From IMG/VR virus record IMGVR_UViG_3300027415_000005, positions 2,504 through 66,503 of that record: a DNA stretch of 64,000 nucleotides. The stretch is one strand, 5' to 3'. The notes beneath the pieces were generated by a model. The model was not told the origin of the DNA and made no database searches. It saw only the letters and a program-made list of their open reading frames with translations. Below, piece after piece: positions 63,306 through 64,000 of this stretch. Position numbers and translations under genes: made by a program. Numbering within the stretch: the first letter of the stretch is position 1; each line of letters begins with the position of its first letter. This stretch comes from a virus. Lineage: Duplodnaviria > Caudoviricetes.

Positions 63306-63395
63306 AACAAGCCTCGGTAACAGGGGCCCGATCCGCGGTAACGCGAAGCTATTGCCCCGGCTGCTCTAAGCGCCTGATTGTATTGGGAGAAGTGA

Positions 63396-63471
63396 TGGCT
63401 CCCCGAGCAGGACTCGAACCTGCGACAAGGCGATTAACAGTCGCCTGCTCTACCAACTGAGCTATCGGGGA
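63396..63471 (-). tRNA. tRNA-Asn (GTT); integration target
   Basis: TCCCCGATAGCTCAGTTGGTAGAGCAGGCGACT-GTT-AATCGCCTTGTCGCAGGTTCGAGTCCTGCTCGGGGAGCCA, 76 nt cloverleaf with encoded CCA. Confidence 0.97.
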
Positions 63472-63763
63472 TCACGAGGGGGTCTCTACACACCGGGATC
63501 GCGGGGCGCAAGGGCCTCGTTGCAGGATCCGCGTTCAAACCGACGCGCGGCGCCCTGCGCCACGGGGCAGGCGCCCTCCCCGGGGCGTTCGCGAGGCCCG
63601 GACTGTGACTGATCGGCAACATTCGGGTCGACCCCATGCGCCGCTCCCGCCCGAGTCCGGCTGCGATCGCCTCGTTCGCGGGCGACGGAAGTCATCCGTC
63701 TGTCGTGACACGCCCCTACGCGAGCCACCTCGCCGGCGCGCCGGTGTGAAGACCCTGACACCC

Positions 63764-64000
63764 ATGCTGACCCATCGCTGCCTCGACCCGCAGGACCCCT
63801 ACGCCGAGCGCGAGGTGCGCGTCGCCTTCGAGTGGGCCGCCGATCATCCCTGCCTGATCGCGGCCCTGGACGAGCACGAGGCCGATATCCTGCCCTACCT
63901 CGTCGAGGCGCAGCGCGACGATCTCCGTCGCGAGATCGTCGCCGCCTTTCTGCTGCCGGAGCCGCGCATCCCCGGCCGGGCCGAGATCCGGTTGCCCTGA
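63764..64000 (+). CDS. Host-side hypothetical (78 aa)
   Basis: MLTHRCLDP...; lies outside the prophage. Confidence 0.55.
   Translation: MLTHRCLDPQDPYAEREVRVAFEWAADHPCLIAALDEHEADILPYLVEAQRDDLRREIVAAFLLPEPRIPGRAEIRLP

Larger units (their letters stand above)
1300..63395. mobile_element. HK97-like siphovirus prophage integrated at tRNA-Asn; left boundary not located (may extend past position 1)
   Basis: Complete ordered modules: integrase, CI/Cro, DnaB, HNH-TerS-TerL-portal-protease-capsid, tail, lysis; integrase abuts the 3' end of the tRNA. Confidence 0.95.

Noticed and set aside
1300-63395. Insertion sequences, introns or phage-borne tRNAs within the prophage
   Set aside because: No transposase, intron-encoded protein or additional cloverleaf recognised by eye

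Overview
The window is almost entirely one temperate, HK97-like, long-tailed prophage in a high-GC alphaproteobacterium. Methylobacterium/Methylorubrum is my inference from GC content and gene families, not a search result. The phage sits at the 3' end of a tRNA-Asn(GTT) at 63396-63471 (minus strand), with a tyrosine integrase and a probable excisionase beside it. I could not find the second att copy, so the left boundary is unresolved. From right to left the modules are: integration; an early plus-strand operon (RecT, RecD/Dda-like helicase, NinB-like, HNH-like, XRE, radical SAM); immunity (CI-S24, Cro, CII-like, TCAA-N7-TTGA operators); a minus-strand replication/regulation block (RuvC-like, MucR, adenine MTase, SLOG, DnaB, putative late activator); morons; HU, HNH and TerS/TerL; portal, protease and capsid; neck and tail genes (with a -1 frameshift chaperone and a tape measure carrying a transglycosylase domain); tail-tip and fibre genes; lysis; and a left accessory zone of small ORFs and hairpins. 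The most unusual points are these. (i) At least four genes inside the morphogenesis operon carry Sec-type signal peptides, including a 93-triplet collagen and a beta-helix depolymerase. (ii) Two perfect alphaproteobacterial LexA boxes each lie near a DnaA-box-like 9-mer. (iii) A duplicated 98-bp structured element sits within an array of terminator-like hairpins that bracket small ORFs. (iv) AT-rich morons are present, including an NDT/TIR-like defence candidate. (v) The phage encodes HU, MucR and a possible GapR-like protein. All product calls come from motif recognition by eye.
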